Shown here one piece after another: positions 24,490-38,017 of a stretch of 58,706 nt of DNA (its first letter is position 1; each line of letters begins with the position of its first letter). The translations under genes and the position numbers were made by a program. Under the pieces are notes generated by a model that saw only the letters and a list, made by a program, of their open reading frames with translations, was not told the DNA's origin and did not search any database. This DNA is from Octopus bimaculoides (taxonomy: Eukaryota), in NCBI RefSeq assembly GCF_001194135.2, contig NC_068982.1, forward strand, positions 69,910,708 to 69,969,413, written 5' to 3'.

Positions 24490-24843
24490 TTTTATATATA
24501 TTTTATCTATAAAGCTCAATTTAATTTTAATTTTTTATAAATTGATTTTAATTGAGTTTTTACCTGTAATTTTGGATTTTGTCCCTAATATATATATATA
24601 TATATATATTAATGATTTGTAGACACACAGTATTTCATTATGCAACAAAGTATATTAAATGTTTTTATAGCTCAATACTGTGTACTGCTTTGTTAGCACT
24701 GAAATCACATGTTAAGGTCATCTCTACTGATTTTCTATAGGAATTATAGTCAGCACTGATTCTGTTATGGATTTGAAACATAACAAAATGAGTGCTGGCT
24801 ATAATTTCTATAGAAAATCTGTAGAGATGACCTTAGTATGTGG

Positions 24844-24890
<47 letters not shown>

Positions 24891-26027
24891 TCACATTTAC
24901 ATACATGTGTATGTGTGACAGGGAGAGTGAGATCATTTCCAAGTGTCTTTACATTGACACCAGTTGGGCAGATGTTTTGTTCCTCATATACAGCATTTTA
25001 CAACTTGGTTATTTGACATACAAAGAACAATGGGATAAAGTATCTTACTTGAAAACAGTAAGGAATCACATCAGGAAGGTCTCAGATGGTCTCATCCACT
25101 GTTTTTGTCTTACCTAGTAGTGATAATTTGGTTATAGAAATGGCTTTTGAAAGAACTCTCTTTTTTTTTTTTTATAATCATTTAGGATGAAACTTTCAGA
25201 TGTTATCAACCCTTTTTATCACATTTCTATTGAAATACAGTCTTCATTTATAGAATTATTTGTTGTTTTGAAAATAACAAAGAATTTAGCAAAATAATTT
25301 TGTCATTACCAATATGGAGTTTGGAACATAAATTAACATAAAATTTTAATTTAAATCACTTTGAAACAGGTGGTTTGTATCATAGAATCAGGGATAGTCT
25401 CAGACAGGGTGATATCAAAAGGGTTAAAGGGAGAGCTTTTCTTTAATTTGTAATTACGTTAGGTTTCTTCGATGTTACTCTCACTAATCTTCAGAGCTTC
25501 CAATTGTATTGCCAGCATTTCTTGTGCTAATTTTAACAATACTTTTAATTATATAATATTTTGATTGGCTTGAAAACCCTTCCTGAGTAAGGCCACAAAA
25601 TCCCTTACTGTATTTGGTATGGTGTTCTTTCTGTATGGCAGTTTGTGTATATCTTACCTGGAGAATTACAGTAATAAGATGAAGCCCAATTTTTCTACTA
25701 AAAGTATACAATCCAGCACTTAATTCTATTCCTTGCCAAACTCTTCAATCTTTCTTTCTATATAGTGTTCTATGGAAACCTACAATTGTATGTCCCATTC
25801 TCATAGGGTCTCTCATCCTGTCTGTTGTGAACATACAGTCCTCACCTCATCTCAAAGTCATCAACAGAATCTTTCATTACCATTTCAGTCTCTCTCTCTC
25901 TCTCTCTCTCTCTCACTACCTTTCTCCATGCATTCCTTGGTAATGACCATACACATTCACTATAAACCTTACTCTCCTGTTTGTCTTGAATCAGTAAATA
26001 CTCATCTTTGAAAATCCCAGCAACAGC

Positions 26028-26195
26028 AATATCATTGCACTTGACATTAAACAAAGCCTTTGACCGTATCTGGCATGAGAACCTTCTAGCACAATTGTTG
26101 GCCTATGAACTCCATCTGTTTCTTTTCAAAATCACTCCACTAAAGCTTACGCTAACAACCCTTATTCTATCGACTCTAATGTACCCCAAGGTTCG
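26028..26195 (+). mobile_element. CR1/Jockey-group LINE RT fragment
   Basis: NIIALDI/KAFDRIWHENLLAQLLAYELH...SNVPQGS (RT motifs LD..KAFD.V.H and GVPQGS). Confidence 0.7.
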
Positions 26196-29100
26196 ATAAG
26201 GCACTAGGACTGATAAGATTAATGGAATTGGTTTTCTTCTTGAACATCAATACATCAATACCTATAAGAAAAATGCAGATGGGGAGGGTATTCCCACAGG
26301 TTATAATTACTTCTCTTCTCTCTCATTTATATACATATTTAAATGTATATTAGTGCATGTGTTTAATAACATGAAATATGTATATATATTGTTTTATGCT
26401 ATTGTAAATAGTAAAACATATATCCAATAAACGAATGCTTGTGATAATTGTTTCTATTCAAAAAAGAATCTTCTTTATTAACCAATAATGTTTATTATGA
26501 AAGCCAGTATTCATTACTGATGTAAATTTGCCAAATAAATTATCAAAAATTCTGTGTTAGTTCATGACATAGACTTATTCTATTATTAATGCAACATAGC
26601 TTTCTCTGGTCGTTTTCTGAATGTAGTTTATAATACTTTTGCCACCTAATTTGTTTTCAGTTTGGAGACAGAAAGTATAGTATGAAAGAGATTTTTAAGT
26701 AATGCTACATTTGTTTGTGGGCAAAGGTGTGAATGTGTAGTGGGAGAAGCTTGCTTTCCAGCCATGTGGTCTCAGGTTCAGTCCTATTGCATGGAACCAT
26801 GGGCAAGTGTTTTCTACTGTGACTGTAGACCAATCAAAGCCTTGTAAGGGAATTTGGAAGACAGAAATTGAAAGAAGCCCGTGTATGTGTGCGTGCATGT
26901 TTGTGTGTACCCTCATCTTGACATCTCACAATGATTCTAAATGAACATTGCTTTCATAAAATTGATATTGTTTGTTTCTAATCTTCCATAAAATTCATGT
27001 CTGACCATGGGGAAATGTTACCTTGCTTGGAAATAGGTGAGGGTTGATGACAGGAAGAGCACCTAGCTGTAGAAAATCTGCTTCAGCAAGCTCCTTCTGA
27101 CCTATGCAAGCATGGAAAAGTGGACGTTAAAAATTGATGATTATGATGAAGTCTGTAACAAATGTCTGTTGAGTGCACCAATCGCAATTTTGATGCTGTT
27201 TATCTGGGAATCCTGAACAGAGAAGATTTGTAGATGTAGGAAAAATTAAGTATGATCTGTTTCTATGTCTGTGTTGTGCTGTGTTAGTGTAAGTGAGTGT
27301 TGTTATGCTGTGTTAGTGTCAGTGAGTGTTGTTGTGCTATGTTTGTGTGTGCAACATCAAGTTGAATCATGCCCTGAGCTCAGAAAAAAGCTCCTACAAA
27401 AGTGTTGGTCAAGTATGCATGTTATCTGAAAATATGCCATAAGCTGATGGAAATATATAATAACTTTTGAAATGTTGGGTTTCATATATCTAAGGCATGT
27501 ATTGCTGTATAGAGCTAACTAAAGATTTGAATCTAGATTCAATAAGGAAAGGGGTGCTTAGGAACCATAATGTAGCTGGATGGTAGCTGGGGATGCTACA
27601 AACTAGTTTAGATGAATGTAAGAACTGGTACAGAGTAGGGGAGACTCTGTAGTTCTCATCACATGATAAACTTATCTCTTCTGATGCTACTGTAATATCT
27701 ATCCAGTACATTGTGTAAAATATTTGGTTGTAGGATGGCCATCCAACCATATTAGAAAAAAAAGTACTGTCTCAATTCTTAAGACTCTTAGAGGCCAGTT
27801 TCCCAGTTTCCATCAACTGAGATCACATCATTCTCACTGAATGCTTTACCAGGCCATCACAGGGTTACATTCATAGTCGAGTGGACTGGAGCAATGTGAA
27901 ATTAAATGTTTTGTTCAAGAATACAATACACCATCCAGTCCGAGGATTGAAATCACAACCTTACGATCGTGAGTGCAACCCCTTAACCCCCTTGGCCATG
28001 TGCCTTTACTACCTGATCCTAGAAACCATGCCGGAAATGGAATGCATAAGTGAGATGTGGATCCTGGTTCTCATGAAACACTATATGAAGCAATTTTTAT
28101 AAGAATGCAATGACCCACTTAAGTTGACATTGATTTTTATTTATGCATGCACACATATTTACCTATAATAATAATAATAGGTTTAGATAGATATTCTTTA
28201 TGGATAAGATAAAAATCCACCCAGAATTCATCATCATCACTGTTCAGTGTGGATAGTGTGTTTTATTGCGACTTCGACATTAGATAAGTGTCCCAAATAA
28301 GAAAGAATAAACAATGATATAATGCAAAACAATGACTATGATAATATAGAAGACTGTAACACCACTATAAATATCTCATTGTTATTATCATCATCATCGT
28401 TGTTTTAACGTTTATGTATGTTTGAAATGGCTTACAGGGAGTTTATTGGCGCAGATTTTCTATAACCAGATGCCCTTCCTGTTGCTAACTCTCACCTGTT
28501 TGTAAGCAAGGCATTATTTTTGCATAGCCAGACATGTCTTCTCAGAATATTAGAAATGAATAGTATTGCTTGTATGATGGTAGTACTCATTCACAACTAT
28601 CACTCAATGTCAAGACAAGGAAATACAAACATACACTCGTGCATGCACATGTATACTTACACACACACACACATATAGCAAGCTTCTTTACACTTACAAG
28701 GCTTTATGTCAACCTGGAGCAATAGTAGAAGAGTCTTGCCCATGGTGCCACACTCTAGAACTGAATATGAAACCATATAGTTGGCGGTAACTTAATTCCA
28801 TCACTGTTCCAATATTATTACATTCTTCACATGAAATACACAATAGTAACAGGAAATTTGAAGTGATGAAATAGTAAAGCATTGGCTTCGAATAAACCCT
28901 CATATATGTATTGTAATTTTCCCCTTTAGTTTGTACATCTCTCTACCACCCTACCCGTTTTTACATCATTTATTCAACTACATGTATATACATAACTTAT
29001 AGATATATCTCATCAATGTTTTGGCATTCTAAATTTTTAATCTTTTAGAAACATTATTCATCATCATCATTGTTTAACGTCCGCTTTCCATGCTAGCATG

Positions 29101-29596
29101 GGTTGGACGATTTGACTGAGGACTGGTGAACCAGATGGCTACACCAGGCTCCAATCTGATTTGGCAGAGTTTCTTCTGCTGGATGCCCTTCCTAACGCCA
29201 ACCACTCTGAGAGTGTATATGTATAAAATTAGTTTCATATAAAATACTGTATAATATTGGTTCAGATATCTGATTTTTTGAAACTCCAGACTGTGTTAAA
29301 ATAGATTGTCTCTCTTCAGTTAATGTTATCATCAATTGTGTCTTTTAATATCATTATTTGTTTTAAAACAGCCCAAATTACTTTCATCTGTTAATTTTTT
29401 TTTTTCAAACTTCTATACTGATTACTTTTTCTATTTTCTTATTAATGATGATAAAAGTAATACCTTCATTCTATGTTTAGTCTTTGTCAAAACACCCTCT
29501 AATAGAATCATACTAATCTTTTTGTTATGAGCAGCACAGAGGCTGTACACATACCAAGAAAATGGTCTCATACCCCTTCAACTAAACACAAACTGC

Positions 29597-29837
29597 ATAT
29601 CACTAGAACCATCCAGATTGATACAAATGCCAGGCCTCATTATTACTGAAGACCTCTCCTGCTGAACATGCATCCTCATCATAGCAACCATTGGCCTTCC
29701 TGTTCAGAGCCAGGAAATACTTCAGCCACCAGCAGTGCCTAACTCACCACAAAGTTCAGGAGAAATGCACAGTGGTGTATTACTTCCACATCTGGGACAG
29801 TGCTATTGTTATACATACAGACATCCGGAACTGCATT
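29597..29837 (+). mobile_element. CR1/Jockey-group LINE RT C-terminal fragment
   Basis: MPGLIITEDLSC*..LAFLFRARKYFSHQQCLTHHKVQ..YYFHIWDSA resembles LG..I..DL.W..LGFL.R.RKYF..Y..HIW. Confidence 0.6.
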
Positions 29838-31084
29838 AAAAAAAAAGGGTCACCTGATTGATTGATATAAACAGACTTTTAGCCATCCATTTTTATTTTT
29901 AGTAAACAGGTTTTGTTGACATGAAAAAAATCTGAGAAAACACTAAGTTGAAATGCTCTAGTTACCAATCTCATTATTCTCATTACTTAACCCAAATCAG
30001 TGAAATCATATGAATCAAGAACTAATGTGTATCTTTACATAGGCACAACAGTTGTGTCATACTGTGTAGTGAAAGATGTAATTAAGTTACTCATTAGTTA
30101 ACATTCTACATTATGACAATTTGTTACAGACACCACTCCTGTTAATCAAATACACTATGGAAGTACAAAACATTTGAACACTACACAGGCATGATGTCAT
30201 CATTCACTTTTAGCATTGCTTTTCTATGCTAGCATGAGTTTGAGTGAGGAATTATTTTGAAGCAGGATTTTACAACCAGTTACTCTTCTTGTCACTAACC
30301 CTTATCTATTTTCTGGGCTAATGCAGTTTCGCACCTCTCCCTGAAAAATGTATTTTTTTTAAAAACTTTTTTCGGATTCCTATGTTTTAGATGTCGGAGA
30401 TTATGAATATGCAAAACAAAAAATTATTTTTGCATATTTGTAATCTCCAACATTTAAAATGTAGGAATAGGAAAAATTTTTTTCAAAAAAATGCATTTTC
30501 CAAGGAGAGGTACGAAACTGCATTAGCCCCCTATTTTCTAGTAAGGGATTTTTTCTATTCCAGAAGTCTTTGAAAACACAGAGTGACTGGTAATATTGTC
30601 AATAAGTAAAAAATGTTCTGCTCAGCTGGTGGAAAGTGTGTAATGTCATATATACATACATACATGAATGATCAGCTTCCTGCAGTTTCTGTCATCAGAT
30701 TCCCTCACCAGATATTGGTCAGCCTAAGGTTATAAACAGAAAATGCCCAAAGTGCTACACAGTGAGGTTATAAACAGAAGATGCCCAAGGTGCTACACTG
30801 AAACCACAGGGTCAAGAGGTTCACTTCTTAACCACAAGTCATGCCTGTATATAAGGGCAAATTTTAACCTGAAGTTTTGCAGTAGTTGTTTAGTAATGGT
30901 AAACTCTGCTTGTGCAAAGATGCTGCATAGAACCTGCTGATTGGTATTTTAGTCCTTAGTGAATATGCTTTCATTGTGGGCATATTGACTTTGTACTGTA
31001 AATCAGCAGGGGAGCTTTCTCCTTAGTCTTTAAAAGGGGGATCATGTATTTAAGCTCTGTAGTTATTAATCCTTAAATAATCTG

Positions 31085-31645
31085 TGAAGCATGATCTTTG
31101 AATGTTGGGCCTCATAGAGGCAATGACTAGTGACAGAGACCTTTGGTGATATGCTGTGCTTGAGAAGACTTGTCAAGCCAAGTGAAATCGTAGTCCTGGC
31201 CGTTGCTGATGTCATATAAATGGCACCCGAGAAATTGTAATCGTGGCCATTGCTGGTAGCATGATCTTTGAAATGATCTTTGAACATTAAACCTCATGGA
31301 AGCAAGGAACGAGATGGTAAAGCATGATCTTTGAATGTTGGGCCTCACAGAGACGATAACAAGTGACTAAGATCATAGCAACATGTTGTGCTTAAGAAAA
31401 CTTGCCAAGCCAACTGAAATTATAGTCATGGCCATTGCCAGTGTCATGTAAATGGCACCTGTGAAATCGTAGTCATGACTGTTACACTCTCAGAGTGGTT
31501 GGCATTAGAAAGGTTATCCAGCCATAGAGATCATGCCAAATCAGACTGGAACTTGGTGCAGCTCTCTGATTTGCCAGTTCCAGTCAATCCATCTAACCCA
31601 TGCCAACATGGAAAGCAGATGCTAAATGATGATGATAATGATGAA
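31085..31645 (+). mobile_element. RTE LINE 3' end with an internal duplication of about 233 bp
   Basis: agcatgatctttgaatgttgggcctca at 31088 and 31321 (decayed KHDL..LGLTEAMTSDRDLW); (GAT)n tail near 31628-31643. Confidence 0.8.
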
Positions 31646-34220
31646 TCTCTGATAAAGCACTTTGACAAGTGTTCCAGCCATGACCATCCTGTCATATATG
31701 TAGCACTACATTGTCCAATGTATCCTTCCTTTTATAAGTTGGTTGGTGTGATTTTAGAGAAATGTAGCTATTTCTACCACAAAGAGTTGTTTAATCATTG
31801 AACTTGGATCAAGCAGAACTATGTTCAAAGACATTCCAGTTGGAACCATACCGTCTGTTTTAGGGATATGTAGGGATATCTACTGTCTCTTTTATTTAAT
31901 CCTTTAACATTTAAACCAGCCCTATCCATCCAAACCATTCTTCCCGTTTTATGTTCAAACTAGCCAGATATGGTCTCTCACACCTATCCTGCAATGTCAT
32001 CCTACATATAAACAATATCACCATCAAAATCTCAAAGCTATGAGATAATGTAGATTGAATCAAAATAAGATGAATAAATAAGCTTTATATTTGACTGAGT
32101 AATCTGAACACTAAAAGGTTAAAACTTTTTGGTGTGCTTTAGGGAGATTTGGCTGATATTTCAAGTAAGTCATGAGGCCACTTAAAGGCTTGCAAGTTGG
32201 CTCTTGTTCAATTCTATTGGTAAGCTGCTAGTTTCACTTCAATTTATAGTCAACTCTGTTTAATTGCAGAGCTTGACTGGTTGTAATTATATACAATTAA
32301 CTGAATTCTCAAAGTTGGCAATAAATGACCAAATTTTAATATATTCCAAATGATAAGACATTATGACATTGATTGCAGAAAAACCTATTTTGGCAGTACA
32401 TTTTTGAGTACACATAAATTAACTGTGTTCTGCACCAGCCAAAATATCTTGTCAATTGTTGGATTTATTCCTTTTGATGTTCTTCAGTTGTCCCAAGCTA
32501 AAACAGATTCATATTTCAACAGCATTTACCATGTTATTTTATATGTGTATAAATATTAGATAAATAAATTATTTTTTTATGTATATATATATATATATAT
32601 ATATAGGCACAGGTATGGCTATGTAATTAAGAAGCTCACTTTACAACCACATGGTTTTGTGACCAAGTGTCTTCTACTATAGCCCTGGGCTGCCCTATGC
32701 TTTGTGAATGAATTTGGTAGATGGAAACTGTATAAGATCCATCTTTCATGTGTTTGTGTTTGGGCCCCACCTCCCTGTTTGAGAACTGGCATGGTTTGTT
32801 TAATCCCAGTAGCATAGGTTTGACATAAGAGTCCAATAGAATAAATGCCAGACTTAAGTTAGTTCCCCAGCATGTTCGTAGTCCAATGATTGAAGCAAGT
32901 AAAGATGTAGAAGCATCATAACTGTTTAGCATATCCTGGGTTTTTTTTTGGTTTTTTTAATTTGTTTTGATATTTTTCAATTACTCTGATTCATAAATTC
33001 TAACAATGGCTTTTGTCCGCTGAATTAATCAATGATGAATTACAATCATAAGGACAAATTTACTGGGTCAATCACAGGCTAATTTCAGTTGATAATGAAA
33101 GTAATAAGATAGCATCCATTTAAACATGTTTTTTTACAAATGTTTTCTACAATGAATATTTAATTAATAGAGAAATTCATTACTCAAAAATAAAATAAAA
33201 ATATACCAGGATCTAAATTTTGGTAGTTTTAATTGAAATGATAAGATGAATTTTGATACATTAATTTGAATTTTTTTTTATCTAACATTATGCATGTAAA
33301 AGTATTGGTTATTTGTCATTTAAAGTCATCATTAAAACAGAAGATTCCAGAGGCATATCAAATCAAATTTTCAATTTTATTTATGTGTATCAGCATTATA
33401 ATTGTTTGACATGTCCCAAAATGTAGATTTGACCAATTTTTTTTCTTTCATCATCATCATTTTACATCCACTCTTCCATGGTTGCATGGAGCAGATGCAA
33501 TTTGTTGCAACAGACTTTCTGCAGCTAGGTGCCCTTCCTGTCGCCATCCTTCACCTGTTTCCAATCAAGATGATGTTTTTCATGGAAGACTGGAAACCTG
33601 TATGACGATAAAGCTCATTTACAATCATCATGTAATGTCAGAGTAAACACACACACACCATGTGTGTGAGTAATAATAAAAACAATTTTTACATTAATCT
33701 GATAGGTTACTTTATACTTTTGTTGATTACAAATTAATCACTCTTAAACAAGAATATTATTCACTGTGACTTCAGAATTTTGTGGAAGCAGATGGTTTAG
33801 TGGTTAGGGTGTTGCACTCATGATTGTAAGATTATGGTTTCAATTTATGGACCTGGTTTCAATTCCTGGACTTGGTGACACGTTGTGTTCTTGAGAAAAG
33901 CACTTCATTTCACATTACTCCAGTCCACTTAGCTGGTAAAAATGAATAATCCTGCAATGAGCCAGTGTCCCATCCAGGTGGAGAATTTATAAACCATGGA
34001 ACCCGGGAAACCGGCCCTTATGTATTAGCATGACTCGAAAAGGTAACTTTAACTTTTTACTTTACTTCAGAGTTTTGGCACTTCAATGATGGCTTATCTG
34101 GCCGAAACTACAAAGTCACTGTCNNNNNNNNNNNNNNNNNNNNNNNNNNNNNNNNNNNNNNNNNNNNNNNNNNNNNNNNNNNNNNNNNNNNNNNNNNNNN
34201 NNNNNNNNNNNNNNNNTATA

Positions 34221-34251
<31 letters not shown>

Positions 34252-36621
34252 GGCTTCTTTCACTTTCTGCTTACCAAATCAACTCACAAAGCTTTGGTTA
34301 GGATCTGTAATAAAAGACAGCTGCCCTACAACTAACTGAAATTTATTTTATTTGCATATGTAATTAAATGATCAGTTTTATGTAGACTTGGTGCTAGATG
34401 ACTCAATGTTTAAAAAGTTACCCAGTTAATCACATTTTTGCAATTATGAGGTATCAACTATACTTTGGTTTTTGATAAAGTCATAGTAAACAATAGCCAA
34501 AATGTTAAAATATTATAAAATTGTTAAAGCTTGATGCTTCTAGCCTTAATTTTCCAAATATACATTGGTAGCTTCTTTTTTTTTTATCCTTGAGCCCTAG
34601 GACTCATAAGTCCAATTATCCAGTTTTGATGGTGTATAAGTATAATCACCACATTCCTCTGAATAGGATGCCGATCTATTGTAAGGTTTGGGGCAAGATG
34701 TCAAGTCATTACTTGACTCATATTTCATTTTATCAACTCCAGTATTTGACTGACTGACGCGTATGTTATTTTATTGAACCCAGTACATGACTGGTACTTT
34801 ATTTTATTGACCCCGAAGAGATGAAAGACAAACTTAAGCTCAGCAGAATTTGAACTTGGCACATAAAAACTAGGAAGAACTGCCACTAAGCATTTTGGTC
34901 AACAGGTTAATGATTCTGCCAGCTCCCCACCTTATGGTAGCTTTGGGAAAATATTTAACAGTAGATATTAGAAAGAAAGGTGGATGTGATTTTCTTTTTT
35001 TCTTCTACTTGTTTCAGTCATTTAACTGTGACCATGCTGGAGCACTGCCTTGAAGGGTTTCAGTCAAGCAAATCAGTCTCAGAACTTATCTCTTAAGCCT
35101 AGTACTTATTCTATCAGACTCTTTTGCTAAACCACTAAGTTACAGGGACGTAAACACCCCAACACTGGTTGTCAAGTGGTGACGGGGGAGGAACAATCAC
35201 AGATGCAAAGACACATACACATAGATGTACATATATACACATATATATAAATATATGTGTGTGTGTGTGTATATATATATAACAGGCTTCTTTCAGTTTC
35301 CTTCTACCAAATCCACTCACAAGGCATTGGTCAGCCTGAGGCTATAACAGAAGACAATTGCCCAAGGTGTCACACAGTGGGACTGAACCTAGAATCATGT
35401 GGTTGGAAAGCAATCTTCTTAACACACAGCCACACCTGTGCTTATGTGATGTTTACAAAAAGAAAAAGAAAAAATCACTGGAATTTTTTTTTTTACTTTT
35501 AAATTTGTCTTGCCTCATAAGGTGGTCATTGAATTTCTACTGATTAAAAAAGTGCACATAAATGGCATGTGACAGGATTTACTGATTGGGATATTAATTA
35601 GAAGGTAAATAATTACTGTTGTGGCTTTGAATTAACTTTCTAAAGATATGGATTAAAATCTAGAAGGTGGAGCATTTTAGGCACTCAAATAACAAAATTG
35701 TTAGACATGTATTAGAAAGCTTGAGTAAGTCTTACTAGTAGATTATTCTTTATAATGTGATTAACAGCTTTCAAGATGTTAGTGCAGGTATGGCTGTGTG
35801 GTTAAGAAGCTTACTTTGCACCCAAATGGTTTTGGATTCAATCCTGCTGCATGATATCTTGAGCAAGTGTTTGCTACTATAGCCCTGTATCAACCAATGC
35901 CTTGTAAGTGAATTTGGTAGATGGAAACTGTGGAAGTCCATTATCATTGTGTGTGTGGTTTTCTGATTGAGTTTGTCCCCCACCCACTGCTTGCTTGACA
36001 ACCGGTGTTGCTTTGTTTGTGTTTATTGCTACCCCTCCCCCGTAACTTAGCAGTTCAGCAATAAAAGACTAATAGAATAAGTACCAGATTTAAAAAATAA
36101 GTACTGAGGTCCATTTTTTGACTAAATCCTTCAAGGTGTTGCCCCCATAGAGCCACAGTCCAGTGATTAGAAAAAGTAAAATATATGAAGACCAAGTGCT
36201 AAGAGAAATGTAATGCAGGAAGAAAAACACATAAAACTGTTTTGATATCATTTTGGGTAGAAACTTTGGTCTAAAGATTTTTATTTAAGGTTGCAGTCTT
36301 GTGTAAATGTAGATTACATTTTATATCAGCTTTTATCTAAGTATGTATGGTGGTTAACTAATGCTTCATTCTGATTTTAATGACTTATATTGCTGCTTAA
36401 TTAAATTTCAGCAAATTCTTCATAATCTGCAATAATTTTGAATTTTGTTGGAACTAATTTTGTTATGTTTAGTAAAATTCATTACTAATGAAGCTTATAA
36501 ACATGCTCAAGTGAAATATAAACAAACAACAACCAATAAGTGTGTTTATAGGCTTTATTAATTATAATTAATCACAGTATAACATATCAGTAAAATAATG
36601 CATGTTTTTCTTTTATTACAG

Positions 36622-36706
36622 AAAAAGCTAGTGATGGCTCCCAGGCATCCGAAAACTGGACTCTATTCCTGGACGCCTGTGATATCATCAATGAAACAGA
36701 TGAGGG
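36622..36706 (+). CDS. TOM1L2: Internal coding exon (exon 2 equivalent) of a TOM1/TOM1L2-family gene, N-terminal VHS domain
   Basis: Acceptor catgtttttcttttattacAG, donor GG|GTtagt, 85 nt, phase 1 to phase 2. Reads (E)[28 protein letters not shown], matching recalled human TOM1L2 [29 protein letters not shown] with the same exon boundaries. The invertebrate gene is co-orthologous to TOM1/TOM1L1/TOM1L2, so the symbol is nominal. Confidence 0.88.
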
Positions 36707-36730
36707 GTTAGTAGACTATTTCATATTATA

Positions 36731-38017
36731 TTGGATCATCCCATAAACAATGCAGTATTTTTGTACTTCTTTTATTTTTCAAAATTAAAATAAACAAAGT
36801 TCTTTTTTAATCTAAAATATACTCTCCTTCATTTTCTACAATGCTCTTCCATTTATCTGGTAGACTTGCAAGGCCCCTCTTCCAAAATTCACTTGTCTGT
36901 GATGAAAAAATACTCCTCTAGTACTATTCTGACCTAGTCTAGAGAATTCATATTTTTTCTGTCCAAATGATTTTGAAGACTGCAGGATAAATGATAATCA
37001 GATGGGGCAATGTCCGGCAAATATGGTGGGTGGGGCATCGTTTCCCATTCGAACTGCTCCAGCTTTTGGAATGTCATCCTCACTGTATGCGGCCGAGCAT
37101 TATCCTGATGGTAGAACACCTTTCATCTTGAAACCAAAGATGGTTGTTTTTCTTCTATTGCTGACTTAAGTTGCTCAAGCTGCTTGCAGTAGATCTCCTT
37201 TGTTATTGTTTGGTTTGGGTTAAAAAATTCAAAGTGGACTAAACCTTTCATATCCCACCAAACAGATAACAACACTTTATGTGGGTGAAGACCTTCTTTA
37301 GCCTGGGGTGCCAGAGTTTTTTCTTTCCCTACCCACTGTCTTTGGCACTTGACATTTTTATAGAGAACCCATTTCTTGTCACCAGTCACTGTTTGGTCCA
37401 AAAAAGGTTCATTTGTGAGACGTGGCTACAAAGAAGAGCACACATTCACTCTCTGCACGTGGTTAGACTCAGAAAGTTTGTGAGGAACCCATTGACCCAA
37501 TTTGCTGACTTTTCCACAGGCATGCAGGTGTCAATGAATGGTTGAATGATCAAATCGAAGCTTCTGTGCTAGTTCTTCAACAGTTACGATGGGATTTTGT
37601 TCCAACAGGGTTTGCAGGATATCAAGCTCTATAGACCTTCCAGGACAAGGCTCGTCTTCTAGGCTGTAGTTTCCGGCTCGGAATTTTTGGAACCACCATT
37701 GACACTGGCTTATTACACTTATTGTCCAATCCTCATATACTGCATTAATATTCCTTACACTTTCCATTGCATTGCTGCCTTTATTGAACTCATAAAGCAA
37801 AATATGCTGAATATACTCCTTTGTCGCTTCCATTATAACTTTGAAAAAATAACTGTTAAAATCGAACTGCACCCTTGAAAACTTGCACTAAGAATAAGTA
37901 CAAGGTAAAATTACAACCTGCTTTTATAGCAAGCTGATGCAGGTAGTTTATCCCGTCCCCCTCCAACTTTTAGTTCATGCAATTGAAAAAAACTGCATTA
38001 TTTATGGGATGACCCAA
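36731..38017 (-). mobile_element. Full-length (1287 bp) inactive mariner, antisense, 24 nt after the exon donor
   Basis: TA TSD (36729-30 and 38018-19); TIR TTGG(A/G)TCATCCCATAAA(C/T)AATGCAGT. Confidence 0.95.
36807..37833 (-). pseudogene. Mariner D,D34D transposase pseudogene
   Basis: MEATKEYIQHILLYEF..WVPHKL..TGDKKW..HQDNARPH..YLPDIAPSDYHL (34 residues between D2 and D3); several frameshifts and stops. Confidence 0.93.

Noticed and set aside
34082-34123. Minimal hammerhead-like motif atgat-ggc..gcc-gaaac..gtc
   Set aside because: The core is degenerate, stem I cannot be formed from visible sequence, and the region is cut by a gap.
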